NCBI GenBank assembly: GCA_041662665.1
Contig: JBAZSC010000001.1
Span: forward strand, 513,511-577,510
DNA: 64,000 nucleotides
DNA from: Patescibacteria group bacterium
GTDB taxonomy: Bacteria > Patescibacteriota > JABMPQ01 > JAQVVF01
Direction of reading: 5' to 3'
Position numbers and translations under genes: made by a program. Shown in pieces: positions 7,730 through 16,752 of this stretch. Position 1 is the stretch's first letter. Each line of letters opens with the position of its first letter. The notes beneath the pieces were generated by a model. That model worked only from the letters and a program-made list of their open reading frames with translations. It was not told the origin of the DNA and did no database searches.

Positions 7730-8227
7730 TTAGCGTAATCTCAACTGTATCAAGTTTCTGCAAGGTTCATCCGCAATTGAAAAAAGTGCGACAGGACCGT
7801 TACTATTATAGAAAATCATTCCTTCTTTGCTCAGAGATGTTATTTCTACGAGCTTATAATCTTGCTTGAAGGATTCAAGACTAGCAGTAGAATCTAAGCC
7901 CTTAGCTAGACATTCCCAAGCAGTAACTTCACAAAAAGCTAAAATTCCATAGATATAATGTCGAGGCATTTCAAACACTTCTCCAGGTTTTGGCATGTCA
8001 GTTCCAGTACTTTTTCTAAACCAATAGATATGAAGTTCTTTCTGGCCAAGGCAGATAAATTCGCACTGCATTGACTCAAAGATTCTACCTGCGTAGATTC
8101 CCTTTGATGCAACTTTAAAAGACAAAGGATACAGATTATAGACATATGCATCAAGTAAGTGTTTTTCTTCGCCATGTTCAGAAATTCGAATAATGACACC
8201 CTGACCAACTTGCCATTCATTTTTCAT
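7730..8227 (-). CDS. Hypothetical protein (165 aa)
   Basis: ORF with SD GGAGGG 5 nt before the second ATG (MKNEWQ...). Own promoter. GC somewhat above neighbours. No recognisable family. Confidence 0.5.
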   Translation of the reverse strand: MKNEWQVGQGVIIRISEHGEEKHLLDAYVYNLYPLSFKVASKGIYAGRIFESMQCEFICLGQKELHIYWFRKSTGTDMPKPGEVFEMPRHYIYGILAFCEVTAWECLAKGLDSTASLESFKQDYKLVEITSLSKEGMIFYNSNGPVALFSIADEPCRNLIQLRLR

Positions 8228-8242
8228 TTGTCCCTCCATTGT

Positions 8243-8275
8243 CCGCCGTAGCCATTTGAATTGTGGCGAAGGCGG
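8243..8275. repeat. GC-rich REP-like hairpin element, copy B (CCGCCGTAGCC-loop-GGCGAAGGCGG)
   Basis: Lies in the 5'-UTR of the minus-strand gene 7730..8227. Same family as 2453-2479. Confidence 0.5.
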
Positions 8276-8301
8276 GCTTTTTCTAGGGTGCGACTGTCAT
8301 A

Positions 8302-8330
8302 ATATTATGCTAAAAATAATCAATTTGCAA
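8302..8330 (-). promoter_or_regulatory. sigma70-like promoter for 7730..8227 (minus strand): TTGCAA, 17-nt spacer, TAATAT
   Basis: Boxes read on the reverse strand. Confidence 0.45.
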
Positions 8331-8423
8331 GAGTCTAGATGTAATGAATAAATAACTTGTTCACGAGCGTACAACTTTCGTACGTTTTTTTATACCCAAA
8401 ACCACATTATCCACAAGAAAAGC

Positions 8424-8452
8424 TTGACTATTAAGCCAAAAACTGCTACACT
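8424..8452 (+). promoter_or_regulatory. Promoter module 1: TTGACT, 17-nt spacer, TACACT
   Basis: First of two tandemly duplicated modules of about 89 bp. Confidence 0.45.
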
Positions 8453-8512
8453 GCTTAGTCAAATTGAAAATGTCTTAAATAAGCCAAAAAAACAAAGATT
8501 TACAAAAAAGCC

Positions 8513-8541
8513 TTGACAGCAAAGGCTAAAAGTGCTATATT
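8513..8541 (+). promoter_or_regulatory. Promoter module 2: TTGACA, 17-nt spacer, TATATT
   Basis: Homologous to module 1, including the downstream ...TAAATAAGCCAAAAAAAC / ...TAAAATAACCAAAAAAC tails. Confidence 0.45.
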
Positions 8542-8619
8542 TATACGTCGATAAATAGACATCTAAAATAACCAAAAAACTGAATTATATGCATTTCATG
8601 AGGGAGATTTATCCGTTAA

Positions 8620-8647
8620 TTCGCATATTCGTAGATTAGCATAAATT
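8620..8647 (+). promoter_or_regulatory. Conserved promoter/operator element, copy 1: TTCGCA, 16-nt spacer, TAAATT; spacer contains GTAGATTAGC
   Basis: Shared with 11157-11225 and 20104-20201; immediately upstream of the ATG at 8669. Confidence 0.5.
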
Positions 8648-8668
8648 CGTATATTTGTATTATATATT

Positions 8669-9820
8669 ATGAAAATAGCTTTTATAGGACAAAAAGGAAT
8701 ACCAGCTAAATCTGGCGGTGTCGAAAGACACGTTGAGGATTTAGCCACTAGATTGGCAAAACAAGGCCATGAAGTTTTTGTATACACAAGACCAAATTAT
8801 ACTGATCCAAATATTAAGTTTTACAAAAACGTCAAATTGGTATCTTTGCCTTCAATAAACTCAAAAAACTTTGATGCTATTTCTCATACCTTAATTTCAA
8901 CATTTCACGCTATATTTCAAAAATACGATATTATTCATTATCAAGGTGTTGGACCATCAACTTTAGCATTTATTGCTAGATTATTTACAAAATCAAAAAT
9001 TATCTCAACTTTTCACTGCCAAGATCAATACCATCAAAAATGGGGTTGGTTTGCAAAATTATATTTAAAATTTGGTGAATTCGCTGCATGTAAATTTCCT
9101 CACCAAACTATTGTTGTCTCAAAAATTATTAGACAAATTGCTAAAGAAAGATTTAATACCGAAGCTATCTATATTCCAAATGGTATTAACTTTTTAGATC
9201 TTAAAAATCAAAATAGCAATATTTTACAAAAATTCAATTTGGAACAAAATAAATATATTTTGACTGTTGGCCGTTTAGTAAAGCACAAAGGCATTCATTA
9301 TTTAATTGATGCTTTCAATAAAATCCAAACTGACAAAAAATTAGTAATTGTCGGTGATTCAGCATGTTCTGATGATTATGTTGAATTTATTAAAGAAAAA
9401 GCAAAAAGCAACCCAAACATTATTTTAACTGGTGCTGTTTTTGGTAAAGATTTACATACATTATATAAAAATGCTTATTTATATGTTCAGCCATCAGAAG
9501 CTGAAGGTTTGCCAACTACAGTATTGGAAGCAATGAGTCATGGAAGATGTGTTCTTGTTTCAAACATTCCAGAAAATATTGAAGCTTTCGCTGGATTTGG
9601 ATATTTATTCATGAACAAAAATGTTGATGACTTAGCTTCAAAATTAGAAATCTTAAATCAAAGAACTGATTTGATTATGGAAAAAGGTGAAAAAGCAAAA
9701 ACTTACGCTTTAGAAAATTACAATTGGGACATTTTAAGTCTTCAAACAGAAATTTTGTATGAAAAAACTCTTCAAAATAGAGAAGAGTTATCTTTCAGTT
9801 TGCGTAAAATCGAAATCTAG
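8669..9820 (+). CDS. Glycosyltransferase family 4
   Basis: MKIAFIGQKGIPAKSGGVERHVEDLATRLAKQGHEV... (GT4 N-domain); C-terminal Glycos_transf_1 region (SEAEGLPTTVLEAMSHG). Confidence 0.8.
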   Translation: MKIAFIGQKGIPAKSGGVERHVEDLATRLAKQGHEVFVYTRPNYTDPNIKFYKNVKLVSLPSINSKNFDAISHTLISTFHAIFQKYDIIHYQGVGPSTLAFIARLFTKSKIISTFHCQDQYHQKWGWFAKLYLKFGEFAACKFPHQTIVVSKIIRQIAKERFNTEAIYIPNGINFLDLKNQNSNILQKFNLEQNKYILTVGRLVKHKGIHYLIDAFNKIQTDKKLVIVGDSACSDDYVEFIKEKAKSNPNIILTGAVFGKDLHTLYKNAYLYVQPSEAEGLPTTVLEAMSHGRCVLVSNIPENIEAFAGFGYLFMNKNVDDLASKLEILNQRTDLIMEKGEKAKTYALENYNWDILSLQTEILYEKTLQNREELSFSLRKIEI

Positions 9821-9918
9821 ATTATTTCCTGAAAAATAATTTTAAGCTAATTTTCAGCAATTAGTATTAAAGTTATGTTTCAGGAGATAAACTCCAAAAT
9901 CGAGTTAATCTCCTTAAA

Positions 9919-9952
9919 GCAGGTGTGGCGCTACTATGTCACCCTGCTTTTA
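9919..9952 (+). terminator. Intrinsic terminator (imperfect)
   Basis: GCAGGTG...CACCCTGC hairpin followed by a TTTTATATT run. Confidence 0.4.
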
Positions 9953-10067
9953 TATTACACTAAATTTTAAAAATAAGAATAATGAAAAATAATCTAGCCC
10001 TGTTGATAAATATGTTTTATACTTTAATAAAGCGAAAATTGCTTCATTGCTAAATTATTAAATTGCT

Positions 10068-10096
10068 GTAGCGACAGGGCAGTGCCCTGTCGCTAC
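10068..10096. promoter_or_regulatory. 29-bp perfect palindrome GTAGCGACAGGGCA-G-TGCCCTGTCGCTAC, 18 nt upstream of the rmlC-like start
   Basis: Identical element (central base complemented) at 17818-17846. Confidence 0.6.
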
Positions 10097-10113
10097 GAAA
10101 TAAATAAAATTTT

Positions 10114-10593
10114 ATGATTCAAGGTGTCAAAATCAAACAGTTAATAATTCGTAAAGACAAACCAGATCTAGATCAGAAAAAAGTTAAACCAGGACATTTG
10201 CTAGAAATTTTAAGATCTGATGACAAATTATTAACAAAATTCGGACAAACAATTTTTACTGTTGCTTATCCTGGTACAATCAAAGCTTTTCATTGGCACA
10301 AAAAACAAGACGATCTTTGGTTTTTCGCGACTGGCAAGGCAACTATTGTATTGTATGATACTCGCAAAAAATCAAAAACTTTTGGCGAGACTCAAGTAAT
10401 TGAATGCAACACTGAAACAGATCCAAAATTAGTATTAATTCCAATCGGTGTTGCTCATGGCTACAAAGCTCAAGGTAAAAAACCAGTTATGCTTTTTTAT
10501 CATACAACAAAACCATATAATGCTAAAAATCCAGATGAGCAAAGACTTCCATACAATGATCCAAAAATCGGATTCAATTGGAATAAAATATAA
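10114..10593 (+). CDS. rmlC: dTDP-4-dehydrorhamnose 3,5-epimerase-like cupin
   Basis: Cupin with KAFHWHK (compare RGLHFQ) and C-terminal NDPKIGFNW (compare NDPxLxIxW). Located with rmlB, rmlD and rmlA. Confidence 0.6.
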   Translation: MIQGVKIKQLIIRKDKPDLDQKKVKPGHLLEILRSDDKLLTKFGQTIFTVAYPGTIKAFHWHKKQDDLWFFATGKATIVLYDTRKKSKTFGETQVIECNTETDPKLVLIPIGVAHGYKAQGKKPVMLFYHTTKPYNAKNPDEQRLPYNDPKIGFNWNKI

Positions 10594-10599
10594 GTAGCT

Positions 10600-10623
10600 G
10601 GTTGCAGAGTCCTCTCTGCAACC
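10600..10623. repeat. Perfect hairpin GGTTGCAGAG-TCCT-CTCTGCAACC sharing the 10-mer GAGTCCTCTC with a hairpin inside CDS 6401..7624
   Basis: 10-bp stem, no T-run; just downstream of the rmlC-like stop. Confidence 0.45.
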
Positions 10624-10690
10624 ACATCAACGTATTAAAATAATTTCAGAAAAGATTCTGAAATCAGCAAATTAGTTTTAAATTTTAAAG

Positions 10691-11155
10691 ATGATATCGA
10701 TAGATCAAAATCTAATTTCACAAACCTTAGAACAGGCAAAGGATAATCCTCGTCATCGACAAATTTTTCGTTTTCACAAATTAAAAGAACCAGTTCAGAG
10801 AATGCTCAATGCTTTATTGCCAGACAGCTATGCTAGACCGCATTACCATTCTGACAAGCCAGAAGTATTTATAATTTTAAAAGGCAAATTAGCAATTATA
10901 AAATTTAATAAGCAAGGAAAAATAATTCAGCAAGAAATAATTAAAAGTTCAGGTCCAAATTTTGGCGTTGAAATAAAACCTAAAGAATGGCATAGTATTG
11001 TTGCTTTAATTCCATCTGTTGTATACGAAATTAAAAAAGGACCATATATTAAAAAGACTGACAAAGTTTTTGCCAAATGGGCGCCTGAAGAAAACACTGA
11101 TGAAGGACAAAAATATTTAAAAAAACTTAAAAATATAATACGAATATACAAATAA
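10691..11155 (+). CDS. WbuC-family cupin fold metalloprotein
   Basis: About 150 aa cupin with the YARPHYH motif; typical of WbuC proteins in O-antigen clusters. Confidence 0.55.
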   Translation: MISIDQNLISQTLEQAKDNPRHRQIFRFHKLKEPVQRMLNALLPDSYARPHYHSDKPEVFIILKGKLAIIKFNKQGKIIQQEIIKSSGPNFGVEIKPKEWHSIVALIPSVVYEIKKGPYIKKTDKVFAKWAPEENTDEGQKYLKKLKNIIRIYK

Positions 11156-11156
11156 T

Positions 11157-11225
11157 GCTAATCTACAAAAATACGAATTCGCATATTCGTTGATTAGCAT
11201 AAATTTATAGATTCGTATCACACTA
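11157..11225 (+). promoter_or_regulatory. Conserved promoter/operator element, copy 2 (GCTAATCTAC...ACGAAT/ATTCGT...GATTAGC nested inverted repeats; TTCGCA, 16-nt spacer, TAAATT; ...ATTCGTATCACACTA-ATG)
   Basis: Aligns with copies at 8620-8668 and 20104-20201. Confidence 0.55.
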
Positions 11226-11636
11226 ATGAAGAAATGCATTTTCTGTCAAATTGCAAAAAAAGAATTGCCGTCAGATATAATTTTTGAAAATAAAAATGTG
11301 ATGGCAATTTTAGATATTATGCCAGTAAATCTAGGCCATGTTTTAGTTATTCCAAAAAAACATTTTGCTACAATGGTCGATGTTCCAGATAAATTATTAC
11401 AGGAAATGATTGTGGTTTCCAAAAAAGTTGGCAAAGCAATTATGAAAGGTCTGAAAGTAAAAGGTTTTAATTTAAGTACAAGCAATGGTAGAGTTGCTGG
11501 ACAAAAAATTGATCACGTCCATTTTCATCTTATTCCAAGATTTGCAAATGATGGTTTAAAATTATGGCCACAAAGACAAGGATATAGAGCAACTGAAGCT
11601 GAAAAAATTGTTAAAAAAATTAAGAGCAAACTTTAG
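11226..11636 (+). CDS. HIT-family (histidine triad) nucleotide hydrolase/transferase
   Basis: HVHFHLIPR histidine-triad motif. Confidence 0.8.
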   Translation: MKKCIFCQIAKKELPSDIIFENKNVMAILDIMPVNLGHVLVIPKKHFATMVDVPDKLLQEMIVVSKKVGKAIMKGLKVKGFNLSTSNGRVAGQKIDHVHFHLIPRFANDGLKLWPQRQGYRATEAEKIVKKIKSKL

Positions 11637-11719
11637 AAAACAGGAAATAGAAAACAGAAAACAGGTGTGGTCGTTAACTTTTTTCTCTTTTCTATTTTCT
11701 ATTAACTATTTCTAATCAT

Positions 11720-12736
11720 ATGAAAATTTTAGTCACAGGAGGTCTAGGTTTTATAGGCGCAAACTTTATTCGCTACATGTTATCAAAATATCCAGACTAT
11801 CAAATTGTCAATTTAGACAAAGTTACTTATGCTGGAAATTTTGAAAATTTAAAAGGCATTGATAAAGATCCTCGCTACCAATTTTTAAAAGGCGACATTG
11901 CTGATTCTAAATTAGTTAATAGTTTAATTTCAGTTCAAAAGCCGGATGCTATCATTAATTTTGCAGCTGAAACACATGTTGATCGATCAATCATGAATCC
12001 AGGCGATTTTATCAATACTGATGTTTTTGGCACACATATTTTACTTAATGCAGTTAAAGATCATAATATAAAACGCTATATCCAAATTTCAACTGATGAA
12101 GTTTATGGTGATTTTGATAATGGCGGATTTGCAAAAGAAAATTCACCACTTAGACCTTCATCTCCATATTCTGCATCAAAAGCAGGAGGAGATCTTCAAG
12201 TTTTAGCATTCAGACGAACTTACAATTTACCAGTTATGATTACAAGATGCACAAATAATTATGGACCATATCAATATCCAGAAAAAATTATTCCACTTTT
12301 TATTACAAATTTATTAGAAGGTAAAAAAGTTCCAGTCTATGGTGATGGCCAACAAATTCGTGATTGGTTGCATGTTGATGATCATTGTTCTGCAATTGAT
12401 TTGGTTTTACATAAAGGCAGAGATGGCGAGATTTATAATATCGGCGCTAACCAAAATCCAGAAATTCCAAATTTAGATTTAACAAAAAGAATTGTTTTGG
12501 TATGCAACAAAGATGAAAAATCAATTGAATATGTCAAAGATCGTGCTGGCCATGATCGTCGTTATGCTGTTGATGTTACAAAAATCAAAACAGAATTAGG
12601 CTGGCAACCAAAATATGATTTTGATTCTGGAATTGCACAAACTATTTCTTGGTACCAAAATAATTTAGACTGGTGGAAAAAAATCAAGACAGGAGAGTAT
12701 TTAAATTATTACAAACAGCAATATGTTCAAAGATAA
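11720..12736 (+). CDS. rmlB: dTDP-glucose 4,6-dehydratase
   Basis: GGLGFIGANF Rossmann motif, TDEVYG and YSASKAGGD motifs; 338 aa. Confidence 0.85.
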   Translation: MKILVTGGLGFIGANFIRYMLSKYPDYQIVNLDKVTYAGNFENLKGIDKDPRYQFLKGDIADSKLVNSLISVQKPDAIINFAAETHVDRSIMNPGDFINTDVFGTHILLNAVKDHNIKRYIQISTDEVYGDFDNGGFAKENSPLRPSSPYSASKAGGDLQVLAFRRTYNLPVMITRCTNNYGPYQYPEKIIPLFITNLLEGKKVPVYGDGQQIRDWLHVDDHCSAIDLVLHKGRDGEIYNIGANQNPEIPNLDLTKRIVLVCNKDEKSIEYVKDRAGHDRRYAVDVTKIKTELGWQPKYDFDSGIAQTISWYQNNLDWWKKIKTGEYLNYYKQQYVQR

Positions 12737-13271
12737 TCTGGCAAACAAGATAATTAAAAAAATTTCATCAAAAGAAATATTTTCTTGCAAATGGTATAAA
12801 TTAAAACATGATAAATTAATTCTTCCTAATGGTAAAAAAGGCGATTATTTTTATATTCATAAAAAAGGTTGTGTAATGATTATTGCAATTGAGAATAATA
12901 ATATTATATTAACTGAACAATATCGATATCTATCAAAGAAAAATAGTATAGAGCTACCAGCTGGCGGTTTTGATAATGGAAATCCTAAATTCCATGCTCA
13001 AAGGGAATTTGAGGAAGAAACAGGTTACAGAGCAAAATATTGGAAAAAAATAGGAATTTTTTATCCGTATAATGGAATTTCAAATGAGATTTGTCATGTT
13101 TTCTTAGCAAAGAATTTAATAAAAACTAAAGTAAATCCAGACGAAACTGAATTTATTAAGATAATAAAAAAACCAGTTAAAGAAGTTTACAAAATGGCAG
13201 AACAAAATAAAATTACTGATGGCATGACAATTTCTGCATTATTTTTAGCTAAAAAGTATTTAAAAATATAA
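12723..13271 (+). CDS. Nudix hydrolase (ADP-ribose/NDP-sugar pyrophosphatase-like)
   Basis: Nudix box ...GGFDNGNPKFHAQREFEEETGY. Confidence 0.75.
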   Translation: MFKDNLANKIIKKISSKEIFSCKWYKLKHDKLILPNGKKGDYFYIHKKGCVMIIAIENNNIILTEQYRYLSKKNSIELPAGGFDNGNPKFHAQREFEEETGYRAKYWKKIGIFYPYNGISNEICHVFLAKNLIKTKVNPDETEFIKIIKKPVKEVYKMAEQNKITDGMTISALFLAKKYLKI

Positions 13272-13273
13272 AT

Positions 13274-14104
13274 ATGAAAATATTAATAACCGGCGCTCGT
13301 GGCATGTTAGGCCAAGATTTATGTTCTCTTTTAGAAAAAGAACATGAAATAATAAAATATGATCGCGAAGAATTAGATATTACAAATGCAGAAATGGTTG
13401 ACGAAGTTCTGCCAAAATTAAATCCAAATGCAGTTATAAATTGTGCTGCTTTTACTGATGTTGATGGTTGTGAAGAACAAACAAAAAAAGAAATTGCCAT
13501 GAAAGTTAATGGCTATGGACCAGGAAATCTAGCCAAAGCTTGTGCAAAATTAGACATCCCATTTTTTCATTACAGCACAGATTATATTTTTAATGGCCAA
13601 GAAAAAAATGGCTATAAAGAAGATTATGACAAAATAGATCCAATCAATGCTTATGGCGAAACAAAAGCATTGGGTGAAAAATTAATTAAAGAAAATTGTA
13701 CAAAATATTATATTTTAAGAACAGCCTGGCTTTATGGAAAATTAGGCAAAAATTTTGTTGACACAATGTTGCAATTAGCTCAAAAAAATGATAATTTAAG
13801 GGTAGTCAACGATCAGCACGGCAAGCCAACTTTTACTTTAGATTTAGCCAAAAGAACAAAAGAAATTCTGGATCAAAAAGTGAAGCCAGGAATATATCAT
13901 GTAACCAATGAAGGAGAAGCGAGTTGGTACGATTTTGCTAACGAAATTTTCAAAATTAAAGGCGTAAAAATAAAAGTTACGCCATGCAAAACTTCTGAAT
14001 TTCCAAGGAAAGCTATAAGACCAGAATATTCCGCATTAATAAATACTAAATTACCGGCAATGAGAAAATGGCAAGAGGCGTTAGCCGAGTATTTAGCAAA
14101 CTAA
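13274..14104 (+). CDS. rmlD: dTDP-4-dehydrorhamnose reductase
   Basis: MKILITGARGMLG...; YSTDYIFNG motif; 276 aa. Confidence 0.8.
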   Translation: MKILITGARGMLGQDLCSLLEKEHEIIKYDREELDITNAEMVDEVLPKLNPNAVINCAAFTDVDGCEEQTKKEIAMKVNGYGPGNLAKACAKLDIPFFHYSTDYIFNGQEKNGYKEDYDKIDPINAYGETKALGEKLIKENCTKYYILRTAWLYGKLGKNFVDTMLQLAQKNDNLRVVNDQHGKPTFTLDLAKRTKEILDQKVKPGIYHVTNEGEASWYDFANEIFKIKGVKIKVTPCKTSEFPRKAIRPEYSALINTKLPAMRKWQEALAEYLAN

Positions 14105-14225
14105 TTTTCAATTATCAATAATCAATTTACAATAAATTTTCAATTCACAATTCTCAATGAGCTGTTTGTAAATTAGTTCATTGGAAATTGATTGAAAATT
14201 GGAAATTGTAAATTGAAAATTAAAT
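14105..14225. repeat. Long imperfect AT-rich intergenic palindrome of the TTGTAAATTG/CAATTTACAA family
   Basis: Arms at about 14108-14160 and 14170-14222; shares motifs with 6283-6400. Confidence 0.45.
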
Positions 14226-14226
14226 C

Positions 14227-15105
14227 ATGAAAGGCATTATTTTAGCTGGAGGGTCGGGAACACGTCTATATCCGTTAACTCAAAGCATCTCAAAACAGAT
14301 CATGCCAATTTATGACAAGCCGATGATTTATTATCCATTGTCGATTTTGATGCTTTCAGGAATTAGAGAAATTTTAATTATTTCAACTCCAAGAGATATA
14401 ACAACTTATCAAGATTTACTTGGCAACGGCAAAAAATTCGGCCTAAAAATTTCTTATGCAGTTCAACCTTCTCCAGATGGATTAGCACAAGCATTTATAA
14501 TTGGTGAAAAATTTATCGGCAAAGATAGCGTCAGTTTAATTTTAGGCGATAATGTTTTTTACGGTCATGGATTTAAAGGCATGTTAAAAAAAGCATCCAG
14601 AATAAAAAAAGGCGCTGTAATTTTTGGCTATTATGTTAATGATCCAGAAAGATATGGCATCGCTGAATTTGATAAAAAATTTCGAGTTTTAAGTATTGAA
14701 GAAAAGCCAGAGCATCCAAAATCAAATTACGCAATTACTGGTTTATATTTTTATGATAATTCAGTTGTCAAAAAAGCAAAATCTTTAAAACCATCAGCAA
14801 GAGGCGAGTTAGAAATTACAGATTTAAACAGATTATATTTAAATGAAAAGAAATTAAAATTAGAAATGCTCGGCCGAGGATTTGCTTGGCTAGACACTGG
14901 CACTCATGAAAGTCTTTTAGATGCCTCAAATTTTATTCAAACAATTGAAAAAAGACAAGGCTTGAAAGTTTCTTGTCTTGAAGAGATTGCTTATACAAAT
15001 GGTTATATTAACAAAAAGCAATTATTAAAATTAGCAGAACCGCTGAGCAAGAATCAGTACGGTCAATATTTGCTAAAGATTGCTAATGAAAAAAACTTAT
15101 TCTAA
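14227..15105 (+). CDS. rmlA: Glucose-1-phosphate thymidylyltransferase
   Basis: [18 protein letters not shown]...; 292 aa; canonical RmlA N-terminus. Confidence 0.9.
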   Translation: MKGIILAGGSGTRLYPLTQSISKQIMPIYDKPMIYYPLSILMLSGIREILIISTPRDITTYQDLLGNGKKFGLKISYAVQPSPDGLAQAFIIGEKFIGKDSVSLILGDNVFYGHGFKGMLKKASRIKKGAVIFGYYVNDPERYGIAEFDKKFRVLSIEEKPEHPKSNYAITGLYFYDNSVVKKAKSLKPSARGELEITDLNRLYLNEKKLKLEMLGRGFAWLDTGTHESLLDASNFIQTIEKRQGLKVSCLEEIAYTNGYINKKQLLKLAEPLSKNQYGQYLLKIANEKNLF

Positions 15106-15108
15106 TTT

Positions 15109-15345
15109 ATGAAAGTGATAAAATTAGATGGTGCAAATATGGATATCGATCTAGTATCTGAAGACAAAACATCTTGGAAACAAATGAAATGCCCATGGAA
15201 CGAAAAAGATAAAAATAATATTCATAAGTGTGCAATTAAAAATATATCAATCTGTAAATATTTTTGCGGTGTTGAATACTTAGATAATGTTTTATGCTGT
15301 TATCCAGAAAAAAATATTGTGAAAGATAATAAACAGAAAAAGTAA
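15109..15345 (+). CDS. Small Cys-rich hypothetical protein (78 aa, 7 Cys)
   Basis: ORF starting 4 nt after the rmlA stop. Cys pattern CPW...HKC...CKYFC...CC. Unknown family. Confidence 0.3.
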   Translation: MKVIKLDGANMDIDLVSEDKTSWKQMKCPWNEKDKNNIHKCAIKNISICKYFCGVEYLDNVLCCYPEKNIVKDNKQKK

Positions 15346-15378
15346 TTTATATATATTAGCTTTGCTATAGCCAATTTT

Positions 15379-16752
15379 ATGTACAAAATCAAAATCAAAA
15401 CAAAAATTTTAATAACCTTAGCGTTATTATTCATACCGATCTTCTCAATTAAAGCAGCGTACTTCAACCCTGACAATATTTTAACAGACGAAGAATATAC
15501 AAATTCCAAATCATTAACAACATCAGCGATTCAAAGATTTTTAATAAAAAAGGGAAGTGAATTGGCAGTTTTACAATACAATGGTAAAAGCGTTGCTAAA
15601 ATTTTTCATGATTCAGCTGTAAAATACGGTATTAATCCAAAATTATTAATTGCAACTGCACAAAAAGAACAAAGCACTATCACTGATTCGAGTCTTTCAG
15701 ATTATCAAAAAAAATATTTAATGGGTTATGCTGTTTTTGATCGATTCAACCCTATTCAATACAAATACCAAGGAATTCCAAAACAAATTGATAGCGCAGC
15801 TTGGCAATTTCGCCAATATATAGACAATCCAAGTTATTATGGCTATCAAAAAGGTTTAACAAAAACAACTTCTGATGGTTATACAGTGACTCCAAAAAAT
15901 AATGCAACAGCAGGATTATATAATTACACTCCACATGCAGGTTTAGGAAAAGGTGCAACAGTTGATGATTCAGGAAATGGAAATTTTTTGTTCTGGCAAA
16001 TCTGGACAAACTGGTTTGCAAATTATTATCCAAATGGAACTTTATTAAAAATAGAAGGAGATGATACTCTTTATGTTTTGCAAGGAGAAAAAAAGAAACC
16101 TTTTCTTTCAGACAGAATAATCACAACCTCAAAATATAAAGATACTCAAGCAGTTGTACTGTCAGCAGATCAAGATAAATATTTGACTGGCAAGCCAACA
16201 ATTTTTCCAGATGGCACATTACTTTATGATCAAAATAATAATTATTTCATAATTAGTCATAAAAAAATCAGGCGTTTTCAATCACTAGATGTCATGAAAA
16301 AATTAGGTTATCACAAAACTAATGCCCAATTTATCGATCAAAAAGGAAAAGATTATTATGAAAAAGATTTACGAATTAAAGAAGACGTTGTTTTTCCAAT
16401 CGATGGTACAGTAATTTATGAAAAGACATCAAATATAAAATATTTACTGGAAAATAGTCAGAAGCGTCCAATTATTAGTGACAAAATTTATAATAATCAA
16501 TTTGATTCAAGAAATTTAGTTGCAGTTTCAAAAGCAACATTAAACAAATTAGAAACTGGCAGTCCAATTTTATTTCGAGATGGCACATTAATCAAAGATG
16601 GCGCTTCTAATTTATATGTCATTGAATATGGCAAAAAGCGACCAATTTCCAAAACAACTTTTGAAAAAATGGGTTATAAATATGAGAATGTAATTTTGAC
16701 TCAATATAAACTCAGAAAACTTCATGAAACAGGAAAAAAAGTTAAAATCTAG
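15379..16752 (+). CDS. Secreted protein with three or four internal repeats of about 60 aa (DGTL..., ...KKRPI.S...GY...)
   Basis: Signal/TM N-terminus. Repeated modules PDGTLLYD.../RDGTLIKD.../IDGTVIYE... each followed by KKRPI/QKRPI. Confidence 0.5.
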   Translation: MYKIKIKTKILITLALLFIPIFSIKAAYFNPDNILTDEEYTNSKSLTTSAIQRFLIKKGSELAVLQYNGKSVAKIFHDSAVKYGINPKLLIATAQKEQSTITDSSLSDYQKKYLMGYAVFDRFNPIQYKYQGIPKQIDSAAWQFRQYIDNPSYYGYQKGLTKTTSDGYTVTPKNNATAGLYNYTPHAGLGKGATVDDSGNGNFLFWQIWTNWFANYYPNGTLLKIEGDDTLYVLQGEKKKPFLSDRIITTSKYKDTQAVVLSADQDKYLTGKPTIFPDGTLLYDQNNNYFIISHKKIRRFQSLDVMKKLGYHKTNAQFIDQKGKDYYEKDLRIKEDVVFPIDGTVIYEKTSNIKYLLENSQKRPIISDKIYNNQFDSRNLVAVSKATLNKLETGSPILFRDGTLIKDGASNLYVIEYGKKRPISKTTFEKMGYKYENVILTQYKLRKLHETGKKVKI

